In this document: positions 46,083-54,970 of the stretch, in pieces
How positions within the stretch are numbered: position 1 is the stretch's first letter
Layout: every line of letters begins with the position of its first letter
From: Deltaproteobacteria bacterium
GTDB lineage: Bacteria > Myxococcota_A > Polyangia > Fen-1088
Length of the DNA: 64,000 nucleotides
Reading direction: 5' to 3'
NCBI GenBank assembly: GCA_034439895.1
Contig: JAWXBF010000003.1
Coordinates: 6,819-70,818, forward strand
Made by a program: the position numbers and the translations under genes
Notes under the pieces: model-generated
What the model was told of the DNA's origin: nothing
Seen by the model: only the letters and a program-made list of their open reading frames with translations
The model's database searches: none

Positions 46083-47890
46083 CGCTTCGCTCCTCCGGAT
46101 TCAGCAGGCTCACCGACCCACTGGGCCAGCACGCGTGCGGCCCTACCGGCGTCAGCCTTTACCGATTGCACCGCGCGATCCCGAGCGGATTGTTCGGGAA
46201 GTCCGGCGGCGGCTCGCGTGCCGCCCGACATGGCGGCCAAAACCCGAGCGGCGTCGTCCCCCGCGGGCAACGCGGCCTCAAGATCGCCCACGCGGGCTGG
46301 CAACGAATGAATCAGTTCGGCGCGCAACCCCTTGGCCATCTTGTTGCGCAACATGAACACCGAGAGCACACCGAGTACCAACAGGCCGAGGCCCGCGATG
46401 GCAAGCACCAACAGTCGAGGCGAAATCGGCAACAGATGCGAGGCCAAACCATCCTCTTCGACCGGTGTCGTGGTGGTCACGAACGGCACGCTATGGACTT
46501 CGATGCGATCGCCGCGCTCGGGATCAAGGCCAGCTGCTTCGCGGGCCAATGATTCGATTTGCGTCAGTTCTTCCTTGCTTCGCGGAATCAACTCGATCTT
46601 TGCGACCGCGGTGGCGCCGTCTTCCGCCGCTTCCTTGGGATTCTCTTTATCCTTCGCAGCGGGCGCTTCGGACGCGGGCTTGGCTGCGGCGGCCGGATCG
46701 ATAGGCCTCGGAACGCCGTCGACGAGCACCGCGACGTGGAGTCGCTTTACACGGTTTTTCGCACCGACCATTCGACTCACAACCCGGTTGACTTCAAAAT
46801 TGCGAGTCTCCGAAAGCCGAGACAAACCCTTGGTTGAGGTCGTGGTGGTGCTGGCGGGCGGTGGTGTGGTGGCCGGAGCGACAGCCGCGACGGCCGGGAC
46901 GGCGTTGGGATCGGTCGGCGCGACGGCAAGCGGTGCCTCGGGCAGCGGCGACGAATTGGGCAGATTTCCACGCGCGCCAATGAGGCCACCCGTTGAACTG
47001 CCCGCGGCACCTTCGCCCTCAACGGTTCGTTGCTCACTTCGGAGCGTAAGCTTTTGCGGATCGTAGAGCTCCTCGGTTTTCTCGATTTGAGATTGATCCA
47101 TTTCTGCGGTCACCGTGACGGCGACGTGCCCGGAGCCCACGACCGGTTCGAGAATCGAGATGATTCGTTTTTCCAGACTGCGTTCAAGATCGTGGTGCGT
47201 CGAGTTGCCGCCGCCGCCTTCGCGATCGCCCGCCGACAACACGTTCCCCGCGTCATCAATGATGGTCACGCGGTCGGGCTGCAGTCCTTCGACGCTCGAT
47301 GCGACAAGATGGACAATCCCGCTTGTTTGCGAGCGCGATAACGCTCGCCCGCGCTTGAGTTTCAGCACCACCGAGGCCGAGGGTGGCTCGTCGTCGTCCT
47401 TGTAGAGCGAGCGCTCCTGTATTGCGATGTGAACCCGTGAGCTTTCGACCACAGACAGTGTCGCAATCGTACGCTGCAATTCACCCTGTAGGGCGCGCCG
47501 GTAGTTCATTTTTTCGACGAAGCTTGTCGTTCCAAAGGTCTGTTTCTCGAAGACCTCGAAGCCGACGCCACCGCCGCTTGGCATGCCGTTGGCGGCAAGA
47601 GACAAACGCAATTTGTGAACTTGAGATTCAGGAACCAGGATGGTTCCACCACTGTTTTCAAGGCGATAGGGCACCTTTTCGGCGTCGAGTTGCGCAACAA
47701 TCGCGCCGGCATCTTCGTTGGGAAGGCCCGAAAACAGGACGGAATAGCCGTCTGATGACTCCATCGTGATAAGCCCGAGGCCAATGAAGCTTGCAGCCAA
47801 TACAGCCATCAGGATCACCCGACGCAAGGGTGGCAGGCGTTCCCAAAGTGCGCGGGTTTGTGCAGTGACGTTTCTGAGATCAGGAGCCAT
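46079..47890 (-). CDS. fliF: flagellar MS-ring protein FliF
   Basis: 603 aa with two TM helices bracketing a large periplasmic domain; motifs LSLAANGMPSGGGVGFEVF and RSEQRTVEGEG. Confidence 0.9.
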   Translation of the reverse strand: MAPDLRNVTAQTRALWERLPPLRRVILMAVLAASFIGLGLITMESSDGYSVLFSGLPNEDAGAIVAQLDAEKVPYRLENSGGTILVPESQVHKLRLSLAANGMPSGGGVGFEVFEKQTFGTTSFVEKMNYRRALQGELQRTIATLSVVESSRVHIAIQERSLYKDDDEPPSASVVLKLKRGRALSRSQTSGIVHLVASSVEGLQPDRVTIIDDAGNVLSAGDREGGGGNSTHHDLERSLEKRIISILEPVVGSGHVAVTVTAEMDQSQIEKTEELYDPQKLTLRSEQRTVEGEGAAGSSTGGLIGARGNLPNSSPLPEAPLAVAPTDPNAVPAVAAVAPATTPPPASTTTTSTKGLSRLSETRNFEVNRVVSRMVGAKNRVKRLHVAVLVDGVPRPIDPAAAAKPASEAPAAKDKENPKEAAEDGATAVAKIELIPRSKEELTQIESLAREAAGLDPERGDRIEVHSVPFVTTTTPVEEDGLASHLLPISPRLLVLAIAGLGLLVLGVLSVFMLRNKMAKGLRAELIHSLPARVGDLEAALPAGDDAARVLAAMSGGTRAAAGLPEQSARDRAVQSVKADAGRAARVLAQWVGEPAESGGAKR

Positions 47891-47919
47891 GGGGTGTTGG
47901 ACGCTTCCGGGTTACAGTC

Positions 47920-48231
47920 CTAGATCGGGGTGTTCATCAGATCGCGATAGGCTTCGAGAAGCTTGTTTTTCATGGTGACGGCGTACCGTACGGCGATTGC
48001 GGCTTTCTCGGACGCGATCATCACCTCGTGGATACCGACGCTCGGATCGCCGTTGGCGAATTTTTGCGAAAGAGACTGGGCCGTTTGTTCGGCGCCGCGT
48101 CCCTCGGACAGGGCGCCCGCGAGGGCCGAGCCGAAGTCGTCTTTCGCGGCGGATGCCGGGCTCGCCTTGCCGGCGCCTGGCGTCGCTTCGGGCCAGTCGA
48201 TTTTCATGGGACCTATGCCGTCGATTGCCAT
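47920..48231 (-). CDS. fliE: flagellar hook-basal body protein FliE
   Basis: 103 aa with FliE C-terminus HEVMIASEKAAIAVRYAVTMKNKLLEAYRDLMNTPI. Confidence 0.85.
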   Translation of the reverse strand: MAIDGIGPMKIDWPEATPGAGKASPASAAKDDFGSALAGALSEGRGAEQTAQSLSQKFANGDPSVGIHEVMIASEKAAIAVRYAVTMKNKLLEAYRDLMNTPI

Positions 48232-48233
48232 GA

Positions 48234-48653
48234 TTACCTTCCAATACTCAGTGCGCGTTCAGCCATCGTGACGGCGGTCCCGAGTGCGGTTACACCCGCT
48301 TCGTAGGCGCGGGATGCGGTGATCATGTCAACCATCTCTTCGATGAGGTTGACGTTGGGGTAGGCAACCATGCCGTCTGCATCCGCATCGGGATGTCCCG
48401 GATCGTGTTGCAGCCGCGGTTCTGCCTGATCCGTTTGTATTTCCGAAACCTCGACCTTGCGCACGTAGTCGGCGAATCCAGCGGGCAGATCGCGAACCGG
48501 GTTTGCGGATACCACCACGTCTTTGCGCCGATAGGGACCGCCTTCGGGCGTCCGTGTCGTGGCAATGTTTGCGAGATTGGACGATGCCACATTCAAACGT
48601 GTTCGTTGAACCGCCAGTCCTGATGCCGAGACATCCATCGCCAAAAAATCCAT
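48234..48653 (-). CDS. flgC: flagellar proximal rod protein FlgC
   Basis: MDFLAMDVSASGLAVQRTRLNVASSNLANIATTRTPEGGPYRRKDVV...VNLIEEMVDMITASRAYEAGVTAL. The internal ATG is chosen; the longer ORF start overlaps flgB. Confidence 0.9.
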   Translation of the reverse strand: MDFLAMDVSASGLAVQRTRLNVASSNLANIATTRTPEGGPYRRKDVVVSANPVRDLPAGFADYVRKVEVSEIQTDQAEPRLQHDPGHPDADADGMVAYPNVNLIEEMVDMITASRAYEAGVTALGTAVTMAERALSIGR

Positions 48654-48687
48654 CGTTGCACCGCCCTGTTGAGTGTTTGAACGTTTC

Positions 48688-49083
48688 CTAGCCAACTCCG
48701 TCCGAGGACGTGTATCGCAGCAACGCGAGTCGTCTGGATACGAGCTCGGAATTCGTCGCGTACCGCACGCGATTCGAATCAATCTTTGCCATCTCGTGTT
48801 CGAGACTGACCGCGTTGCCGTCCGCGCCGATTGGTCCTGAGCCATCGGCCACGACCTGACCCGTCATCGTTCCCCCCGCACTCGGCATATGTCCGTCGGC
48901 AGTCCGTGCCATCACGACCGAACCGAGCGTGTTTGGATCGCCTTCAGGAATGATCTCGAGATCGATCGGCTTGTAGTTGGGCGTATCGATGTTGGCAACG
49001 TTGGATGCCAGCACACCATGTCGTTCGCGATGAAAGGACATCGCATTCGACATTTGATCGACGCTGTTGAGTAGGGCTTTCAT
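48688..49083 (-). CDS. flgB: flagellar proximal rod protein FlgB
   Basis: VLASNVANIDTPNYKP and a C-terminal MAKIDSNRVRYATNSELVSRRLALLR. Confidence 0.85.
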   Translation of the reverse strand: MKALLNSVDQMSNAMSFHRERHGVLASNVANIDTPNYKPIDLEIIPEGDPNTLGSVVMARTADGHMPSAGGTMTGQVVADGSGPIGADGNAVSLEHEMAKIDSNRVRYATNSELVSRRLALLRYTSSDGVG

Positions 49084-49100
49084 TGCGGAAAGGTTTTAAA

Positions 49101-49115
49101 GCAAGCGCCGTGCCA
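49101..49115 (-). promoter_or_regulatory. sigma-54 promoter, exact consensus TGGCAC-N5-TTGC, 18 bp upstream of flgB
   Basis: The minus strand reads tTGGCACggcgcTTGC. An exact match like this is expected ~0.1 times by chance in the window, and it sits at the head of the first flagellar operon, next to the sigma-54 activator gene. Confidence 0.5.
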
Positions 49116-49207
49116 ACAGCGAGCTCGCAAACCATCCACAAGAAATCCAGTAGTTACGTTCCACCAGGCGGAGCCGTTGGCAAAACTGGCGGCAGTTTTG
49201 ACGTCGG

Positions 49208-50239
49208 TCAGACCGCGATCTTGCGAAGACGCTCGACGAGCGTGGTGCGGTTCAAACCCAGAAGGGCAGCCGCTTCTGTTCGGTTTCCAGCCGTTCGCTC
49301 AAGCGCGGTACGAATGAACTTTTCCTCGACCGTATCGACCGCCTTGCGGAGATTGAGGTCGTTGGCTGCCGCTTCGGTTGTATCGTTCGTCGGAAAAGCC
49401 GAGTTCACGACCGCCATCACCGCGCGAATCGGACGCGCCTTTTTCCCGGAGAAACGAATATCCGCGGCCGTCAAAACGCCGCCGCGCTTCATGACGATGC
49501 TGCGCTCAATGGTATGCGCAAGCTCACGGACGTTGCCGCGCCAGGCGTGTTCTTTCAGAACGCGTTCCGCAGAGGCATCGAGTCCGGTTACCGAGCGTTG
49601 CAACCGGGCATTGGTCTCGGTCAGAAAGCGATGCGCCATCGGTGCGATGTCGTCGGCGCGTTCGCGCAATGCCGGCAAGTCGATCTGGATCACCGTCAAA
49701 CGGTAATACAAGTCGGCACGAAAGGTTCCCTCGTCGACCATTTGTTCGAGGTCGCGATTCGTCGCTGCGATCACGCGCACGTCGATGCGGATCTCCTTGT
49801 CAGCGCCAACCGGCGTGAGCATTCCGTCCTGCAAAACGCGAAGCAATTTCGCTTGCGCCTGCAGCGGCAGTTCGCCGATCTCGTCTAGAAAGAGCGTGCC
49901 GCCATCGGCTGACGCCAGGCGTCCTTCGCGGGCGGCGATGGCGCCGGTGAAAGCACCCTTCGTGTGTCCGAAAAGTTCGGCCTCGATTAGGCTGTCTGGA
50001 ATCGCAGCACAATTCAGGGGGACGAGTGCGCGGTTGGCTCGAGGTGAAGCGCCGTGAATCATGCGCGCGACAAGCTCTTTGCCGGTGCCGGTTTCGCCGG
50101 TGACCAACACCGTGCAGTCGGTGTCCGCCACGTTGCGCGCTTCGGTCAGCGATTCCAGGATGCGGGGATCGTCGCCAATGAACTCGGGCGCGAAGGCGAT
50201 GCGCCAGGTTTCAAGGTCAGCATTTGGATCCAACTTCAT
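49208..50239 (-). CDS. sigma-54-dependent transcriptional activator (AAA+ central domain plus Fis-type HTH) lacking any N-terminal receiver or sensor domain; probable flagellar master regulator (FleQ/FlrA-like, PspF-type architecture)
   Basis: Walker A GETGTGKE, the GAFTGA sigma-54 contact motif, Walker B and arginine finger, and a C-terminal HTH (AAALLGLNRTTLVERLRK). The AAA+ domain starts at about residue 25. Confidence 0.9.
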   Translation of the reverse strand: MKLDPNADLETWRIAFAPEFIGDDPRILESLTEARNVADTDCTVLVTGETGTGKELVARMIHGASPRANRALVPLNCAAIPDSLIEAELFGHTKGAFTGAIAAREGRLASADGGTLFLDEIGELPLQAQAKLLRVLQDGMLTPVGADKEIRIDVRVIAATNRDLEQMVDEGTFRADLYYRLTVIQIDLPALRERADDIAPMAHRFLTETNARLQRSVTGLDASAERVLKEHAWRGNVRELAHTIERSIVMKRGGVLTAADIRFSGKKARPIRAVMAVVNSAFPTNDTTEAAANDLNLRKAVDTVEEKFIRTALERTAGNRTEAAALLGLNRTTLVERLRKIAV

Positions 50240-50487
50240 CGAGACAAGGACATCGTCGGGGCCGTCGACCGAGTTGAGGATTTCTTGTGAGAAAACGTGA
50301 CGAATGAGTCATTAAAACATGTCTCTAGAAAGTCTCTCGGTGAACCCAGGCTAGCTCTCCATGGGTGACGGGTTTGGGCGGGAAAGAGAATGATCACGAG
50401 CCCGTACGGCAGGCGCTTTTATCAAAAAAATACGGTAAATTCATCGAAAAATGGCGGTGTCCCGGGTCGCTCTGTTCTTGTGGAAAA

Positions 50488-50527
50488 GGTGACAACTGTC
50501 AATGTGGCGTCACCCAGAGCAGGTGAC
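50488..50527. promoter_or_regulatory. GGTGAC repeats (GGTGAC-N15-GTCACC inverted pair plus a third GGTGAC) in the AT-richer divergent intergenic region
   Basis: GGTGACaactgtcaatgtggcGTCACCcagagcagGTGACacg, in the 428-bp region between the sigma-54 activator gene and the FHA gene. Confidence 0.3.
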
Positions 50528-50667
50528 ACGCAGCAGGTAAACAACGCGATGCGCTTTGCCTAATAACCCGAACGAGGTGTCATGGTTCCCGCGCTTTTTC
50601 ACACACATCGCATCAAGCAGTTCGGCCCAACTGTCGATGTCATAATTCGAGTGCAATCCAGCGGCCC

Positions 50668-51240
50668 ATGGCGATAAACCGAGTCCCACTCCGAGAGCTG
50701 CGACCGCCCACCTCGGGGGGCGGCGCTGCGCAGTATCTCGCTGATTTCATTGAAGATATGCGCAAGGGCGAGGTTAGCTTTGCGTACCAGTACCGCTGGC
50801 CGGCCATGATTGTCACGGGCCTCACCGGCACCTTGAGCGATCTCGGCAGCAGGACCGGGACCCTCGTCACCGACGATCACAGCGCCGATGTGCGCCTCGC
50901 GAGTCTGCTCGTCGGACGGGTGTTCCTGTTGCGCAAGAACGCCAACGCCCAGCCCGGTCAAATTCGGATAGGGCGGGTTGCTGAAAACGACGTTCCCATT
51001 CCCGAGTTTTCGATATCAAAGCATCACTGTCTTTTACGACCTGCGCCAAATCGTACCACGATCGAAGACATGGGCTCGACCAACGGATCTCTCGTCAACG
51101 GAACGAAGCTGATTCCACACCAGCAGTATGCCGTCGAGGATGGCTCCGAAATCGTTCTCGGCCGTTTCGTCTTCCTCTTTTTCACCGCCCGTGGCTTCGT
51201 CGACTACGTCAAGCGTGAACTCGCCGACCTCTCGGCCTAG
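50668..51240 (+). CDS. FHA-domain protein
   Basis: A C-terminal FHA core (IRIGRVAENDVPIPEFSISKHHCLL...IEDMGSTNGSLVNGTKL...DGSEIVLG). Confidence 0.75.
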   Translation: MAINRVPLRELRPPTSGGGAAQYLADFIEDMRKGEVSFAYQYRWPAMIVTGLTGTLSDLGSRTGTLVTDDHSADVRLASLLVGRVFLLRKNANAQPGQIRIGRVAENDVPIPEFSISKHHCLLRPAPNRTTIEDMGSTNGSLVNGTKLIPHQQYAVEDGSEIVLGRFVFLFFTARGFVDYVKRELADLSA

Positions 51241-51251
51241 GAGAAGGTCGA

Positions 51252-52166
51252 ATGGCGAACGACAAGCCAGTCAGTTTGGACGATGTCCTCGCTCGGGTCG
51301 ACAACCTACCGACGATCTCCCATGTTGCAATTCGCGTTGGTGAACTTGTCAACGATCCCAAAATGGGTGCACGCGAGATCTCGAAGGTCATGACTCAGGA
51401 TCCGAGCCTGAGTGCCAAGGTGCTCAAGCTTGTCAATTCGTCCTACTATGCCATTCCGGGCGGCGTGACCGACGTGGAACGCGCGATTTCGTTTATCGGA
51501 TTCAATGCGCTCTATCAGCTGGTTTTGACCGTTTCGGTGTTTCGCGCGTTGAAGACACCGGGCGGTGCCACGTTTGATGCTCGAGGCCTTTGGCTTCACT
51601 CGTTGGCCGTGGGATCGTGTTCGGAAGCACTCGCCCGGCGGATCGGGCATCCCGATCCCAGTACATGCTTCACGGCGGGACTGCTACATGACTTCGGAAA
51701 AATCGCGCTCGCGAAAGCCGAGGGAGAGCGTTTTGCGATGGCGCTCGACAGCGCCCGTCGCGATGGTGTGCCCATGCACATTGCCGAGGCCGAGGTGGGT
51801 TTGCCACCGCACGAGCGCGTGGGCAGTCGTCTCGCCAAGCGGTGGCGTTTTCCGGCGACGCTTCTGATACCGATCGAAAACCACCACAAGAGGCACCACC
51901 AGAGCGTACGTCGCGATCTCTCCACGCCACTGCTGGGTATGCTCGACATCGTCTCGCTTGCAGACGACGTGTGTCGTTTCCACGCGATTGGCGACAGCGG
52001 TTCACCCAAGCCCGAAGCACCGGATGCGGATGCGCTGGACGCTCTCGGCATGACAACGCTGTCGCTTGATGGCATCTACACGGACTTGATGCGCGTCCTC
52101 GAGAAATCGCGTACCTTCCTCGCCCTCATCGACGAGCCTACCGCCAAGTTGGACAAGCTCGGCTAG
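51252..52166 (+). CDS. HDOD-domain protein
   Basis: AKVLKLVNSSYYAIPGGVTDVERAISFIGFNAL...CFTAGLLHDFGKIAL. Confidence 0.8.
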   Translation: MANDKPVSLDDVLARVDNLPTISHVAIRVGELVNDPKMGAREISKVMTQDPSLSAKVLKLVNSSYYAIPGGVTDVERAISFIGFNALYQLVLTVSVFRALKTPGGATFDARGLWLHSLAVGSCSEALARRIGHPDPSTCFTAGLLHDFGKIALAKAEGERFAMALDSARRDGVPMHIAEAEVGLPPHERVGSRLAKRWRFPATLLIPIENHHKRHHQSVRRDLSTPLLGMLDIVSLADDVCRFHAIGDSGSPKPEAPDADALDALGMTTLSLDGIYTDLMRVLEKSRTFLALIDEPTAKLDKLG

Positions 52167-52181
52167 CGAAGCCCGCCTTGT

Positions 52182-53642
52182 TTACTCGGGCTCGCTTGTC
52201 ATCGTTCGCGGCAAGGTCACGACAAAACACGCACCACGATTCGCATGTTTGGCGTACGAGATCGTGCCTTGATGGTCTTTCAGAATCTGCGCCGAGATCG
52301 CAAGGCCAAGACCGCAGCCAGTCCCCGCTGATTTTGAGGTGACATAGGGCTCGAAGAGGTGGTCGATGATGTCGGGAGCAACCCCGGGTCCGTCGTCGAT
52401 GACCTGGACCGATACTGTTTTTGCTGTGGTCTCCACGCTCACGTCGATGGTGCTTCCGTCTGGAGTCGCCTCCCCGGCGTTTCGTATGACGTTGACGAGA
52501 ACCTGCGTCAGCAGCGTCGCATCGCCAACGACCAGGGCTTTGGGCAACCGCGCTATCTGAATCGAGCGACGCTTGCGCGTGTGAATTCTGCAGATCGAGA
52601 CCGCCGAGGCCACCAAATCGGCAACACGACACTGCACCGGGTTTTCCTCACCGGAATGGATGTAGTTGCGCAACGAACGGTACAAGTTGACAAGGCGTTG
52701 CGAACTTTCGATTGCCCCGGCCATGCTTTCCTGCAAATCCGCGTCGCCACCACTTTCAATCGTGGGCGCAAGATCCCCAACGCAGAGTTGAACGTTCTGC
52801 ACGAGCGATGCCAGCTCGTGGGTAATGGAGGCCGTCATCGCACCCAGCGTCGCACGACGATTTAAACCGAAGAGCTGTGCGCGTGCCACTGGGTCGGCGA
52901 GCGCCAACTTGATCACGTTGGGGGCGCCGTTGTCTCCCGACCAGCGCGCCGCCCGTTGAATGAGAAACACGGTTATCGCGTGACTGGTGGCACCAAATCC
53001 ACTCGCCAGCGTTCTAACTTTGCCGTCACTTGTCATCGCCTGGTCAATCCGCCAGTCGGATCCATTTGATCCACCGCTCGGTTGCCCGAAGCCCGCGAGG
53101 GTATGGCTTTGTCCGTCCACGAGCATCGATACGGAAAGTCCGTGGACCTCTCGGATGGTGCGCGCTCGCTCAGCTAAAATTTTCGAGATCTCCACCAAGC
53201 CCTCGGCGCTCGCAAATTGATCGTCTATTCCCGCGGTATCGAGCAGGCTATCGAACGAGGCAGACATGTTGCGAATGCGCTCCCGGTGTTCCAGCGCCCT
53301 TCGCAAGGTCACATCGAGGGCATCGTGCCATGGTTTACCGATCTTGAAAGGTGCTCCGAATCCCATGGTGGCTTTGCGGGCATCTTCGTCGAGGTGACCC
53401 GTCAACATGATCCGGATCGTCTCGGGATTGCACCGACGGGCCGCGTCGAGAACCTGCACGCCGTTGATTTCCGGCATTCGCAAGTCGGCAACCACCGCGT
53501 CGTAAGGCGTTTGGCGCAAACGTTCAATCGCTTCTTTGCCGCTCGACACCGCCTCGACGTCAAAGCTCGCGGCGAGCTCATCGTGTATCGATTCCAGAAC
53601 GTCGATGTCATCGTCGACAACCAATATTCGTTCACGCGGCAT
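52182..53642 (-). CDS. hybrid response-regulator/histidine kinase (N-terminal REC, central GAF-like region, HisKA, HATPase)
   Basis: REC (ILVVDDDIDV, VVADLRMPEINGVQ, IMLTGH); H-box MTASITHELASLVQNV; N box VNVIRNAGEA; DDGPGV; GTGCGLGLAISAQILKDHQG. The start is taken at the internal M (MPRERIL), giving an 11-bp overlap with the upstream PAS-HK. Confidence 0.8.
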   Translation of the reverse strand: MPRERILVVDDDIDVLESIHDELAASFDVEAVSSGKEAIERLRQTPYDAVVADLRMPEINGVQVLDAARRCNPETIRIMLTGHLDEDARKATMGFGAPFKIGKPWHDALDVTLRRALEHRERIRNMSASFDSLLDTAGIDDQFASAEGLVEISKILAERARTIREVHGLSVSMLVDGQSHTLAGFGQPSGGSNGSDWRIDQAMTSDGKVRTLASGFGATSHAITVFLIQRAARWSGDNGAPNVIKLALADPVARAQLFGLNRRATLGAMTASITHELASLVQNVQLCVGDLAPTIESGGDADLQESMAGAIESSQRLVNLYRSLRNYIHSGEENPVQCRVADLVASAVSICRIHTRKRRSIQIARLPKALVVGDATLLTQVLVNVIRNAGEATPDGSTIDVSVETTAKTVSVQVIDDGPGVAPDIIDHLFEPYVTSKSAGTGCGLGLAISAQILKDHQGTISYAKHANRGACFVVTLPRTMTSEPE

Positions 53643-54876
53643 GACTCTCCTTGGAGGGCAGTTGGATCTCGAAGCGGGCCCCGGTTTCACTCGGACAAAA
53701 TCTCACGTCGCCACCAGACTGACGCGCGAGGCGTCTTGCGGTGACGAGGCCAAGACCACTGCCGTCGGGCCGGGTTGTCACAAACGGCTCGAACAGTGCC
53801 TTGCGACGGTCGGGCGCAACGCCTTCCCCGCTGTCCTGCAGGGCCACCGTGATGCCAGCGTCCGACGCCGTTGCCTCGATTCGCAACTGGCCACCGGTTG
53901 GCATCGCGAGAACCGCGTTGTCGATGAGGTTCCACAAAATATGCTGGAAATCAGCGGCGGATGCCCATGCCGACGTTCCGTCCGCAATGTTCGTGGCGAC
54001 CTTGATGCCGTTCAAGCGCGGCTCGAAGAGTGCAATCGCAATGTCAATCTCCTTTCGAACGGCCAGAGTTTCCGGCTCCGACGCGATGTTGCCGCTGCGG
54101 TGGGCGCGCCTGACCGCCGCAATGATGGTCTCCATCCTCGAAGCGGTATCGGACCCCCGTTTCAAAAAACGTGAAGCGCCATCTTTGAGCTCGTCCGAGC
54201 CCTTTTCGCCAATCAATCGATCCAACTGTCGGTGTGCGCTGACGAGCGCCGCAAGCGGATTGTTCAGGCTGTGGGCGATGCCCGCCGACAGTTCGCCGAT
54301 GAGCGCGCGCCGACTGGCCTGTGACAGGCGTGTGCCCATCACCCTGAGTTCGTGGTTTTTCTCGGCCAGTTCACGGTTTCGCATTTCGAGATCGGATACC
54401 GCTTTTTCCAGCTCCGAATGAGCCGAAAAAAGGGCGAGATGCTTTGAGATGAGTTCACGTTCGAGCATCTGCCGCTCGGTGATGTCGCGGGCGATGCATG
54501 CGGCCAGCGGCCCCGTGTTACTGTGTTCGATATGCGCGACGGTCAAGGCAACCGTCACGGGGTAACCATCGATTCGAGCGATGGCTATTTCGTCGTGCAA
54601 GCCCTGACGTTCAATCACCCGTGTGGCACGTTCTCCAGCATCGCAATCATCACTCGGTAGAAACAAGCTGGCCGCAGGTTGGCCCACCAAGACAGCCATT
54701 GAGCTGCCAGTCAGATCCTCCAGCCGACTGTTGGCGCTAACGATGCGCATATCGGAACGCGATACGGCGAACGCAGCTTCGGACGTATGCTCGAAGAGCA
54801 ATCCGAAGATTTTCCTGTCGATATCGCGGATCGGCGCCGATGCGTGCGTTTGCATCCAGATTCTTGCTTCGGCCAT
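53632..54876 (-). CDS. PAS-domain sensor histidine kinase (cytoplasmic)
   Basis: An N-terminal PAS region, H-box SAGIAHSLNNPLAAL, N box WNLIDNAV, DSGEGV and GSGLGLVTARRLARQSGG. Confidence 0.8.
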   Translation of the reverse strand: MAEARIWMQTHASAPIRDIDRKIFGLLFEHTSEAAFAVSRSDMRIVSANSRLEDLTGSSMAVLVGQPAASLFLPSDDCDAGERATRVIERQGLHDEIAIARIDGYPVTVALTVAHIEHSNTGPLAACIARDITERQMLERELISKHLALFSAHSELEKAVSDLEMRNRELAEKNHELRVMGTRLSQASRRALIGELSAGIAHSLNNPLAALVSAHRQLDRLIGEKGSDELKDGASRFLKRGSDTASRMETIIAAVRRAHRSGNIASEPETLAVRKEIDIAIALFEPRLNGIKVATNIADGTSAWASAADFQHILWNLIDNAVLAMPTGGQLRIEATASDAGITVALQDSGEGVAPDRRKALFEPFVTTRPDGSGLGLVTARRLARQSGGDVRFCPSETGARFEIQLPSKESHAA

Positions 54877-54970
54877 GTATGGCGTTTCTGGAGGCCCGAA
54901 ATCTAGACCGTCGCCCCGGACGGGTGACAGCCGAAAGTCCCTTCAGTAACAAGCCCGGCAAGACGATTCC

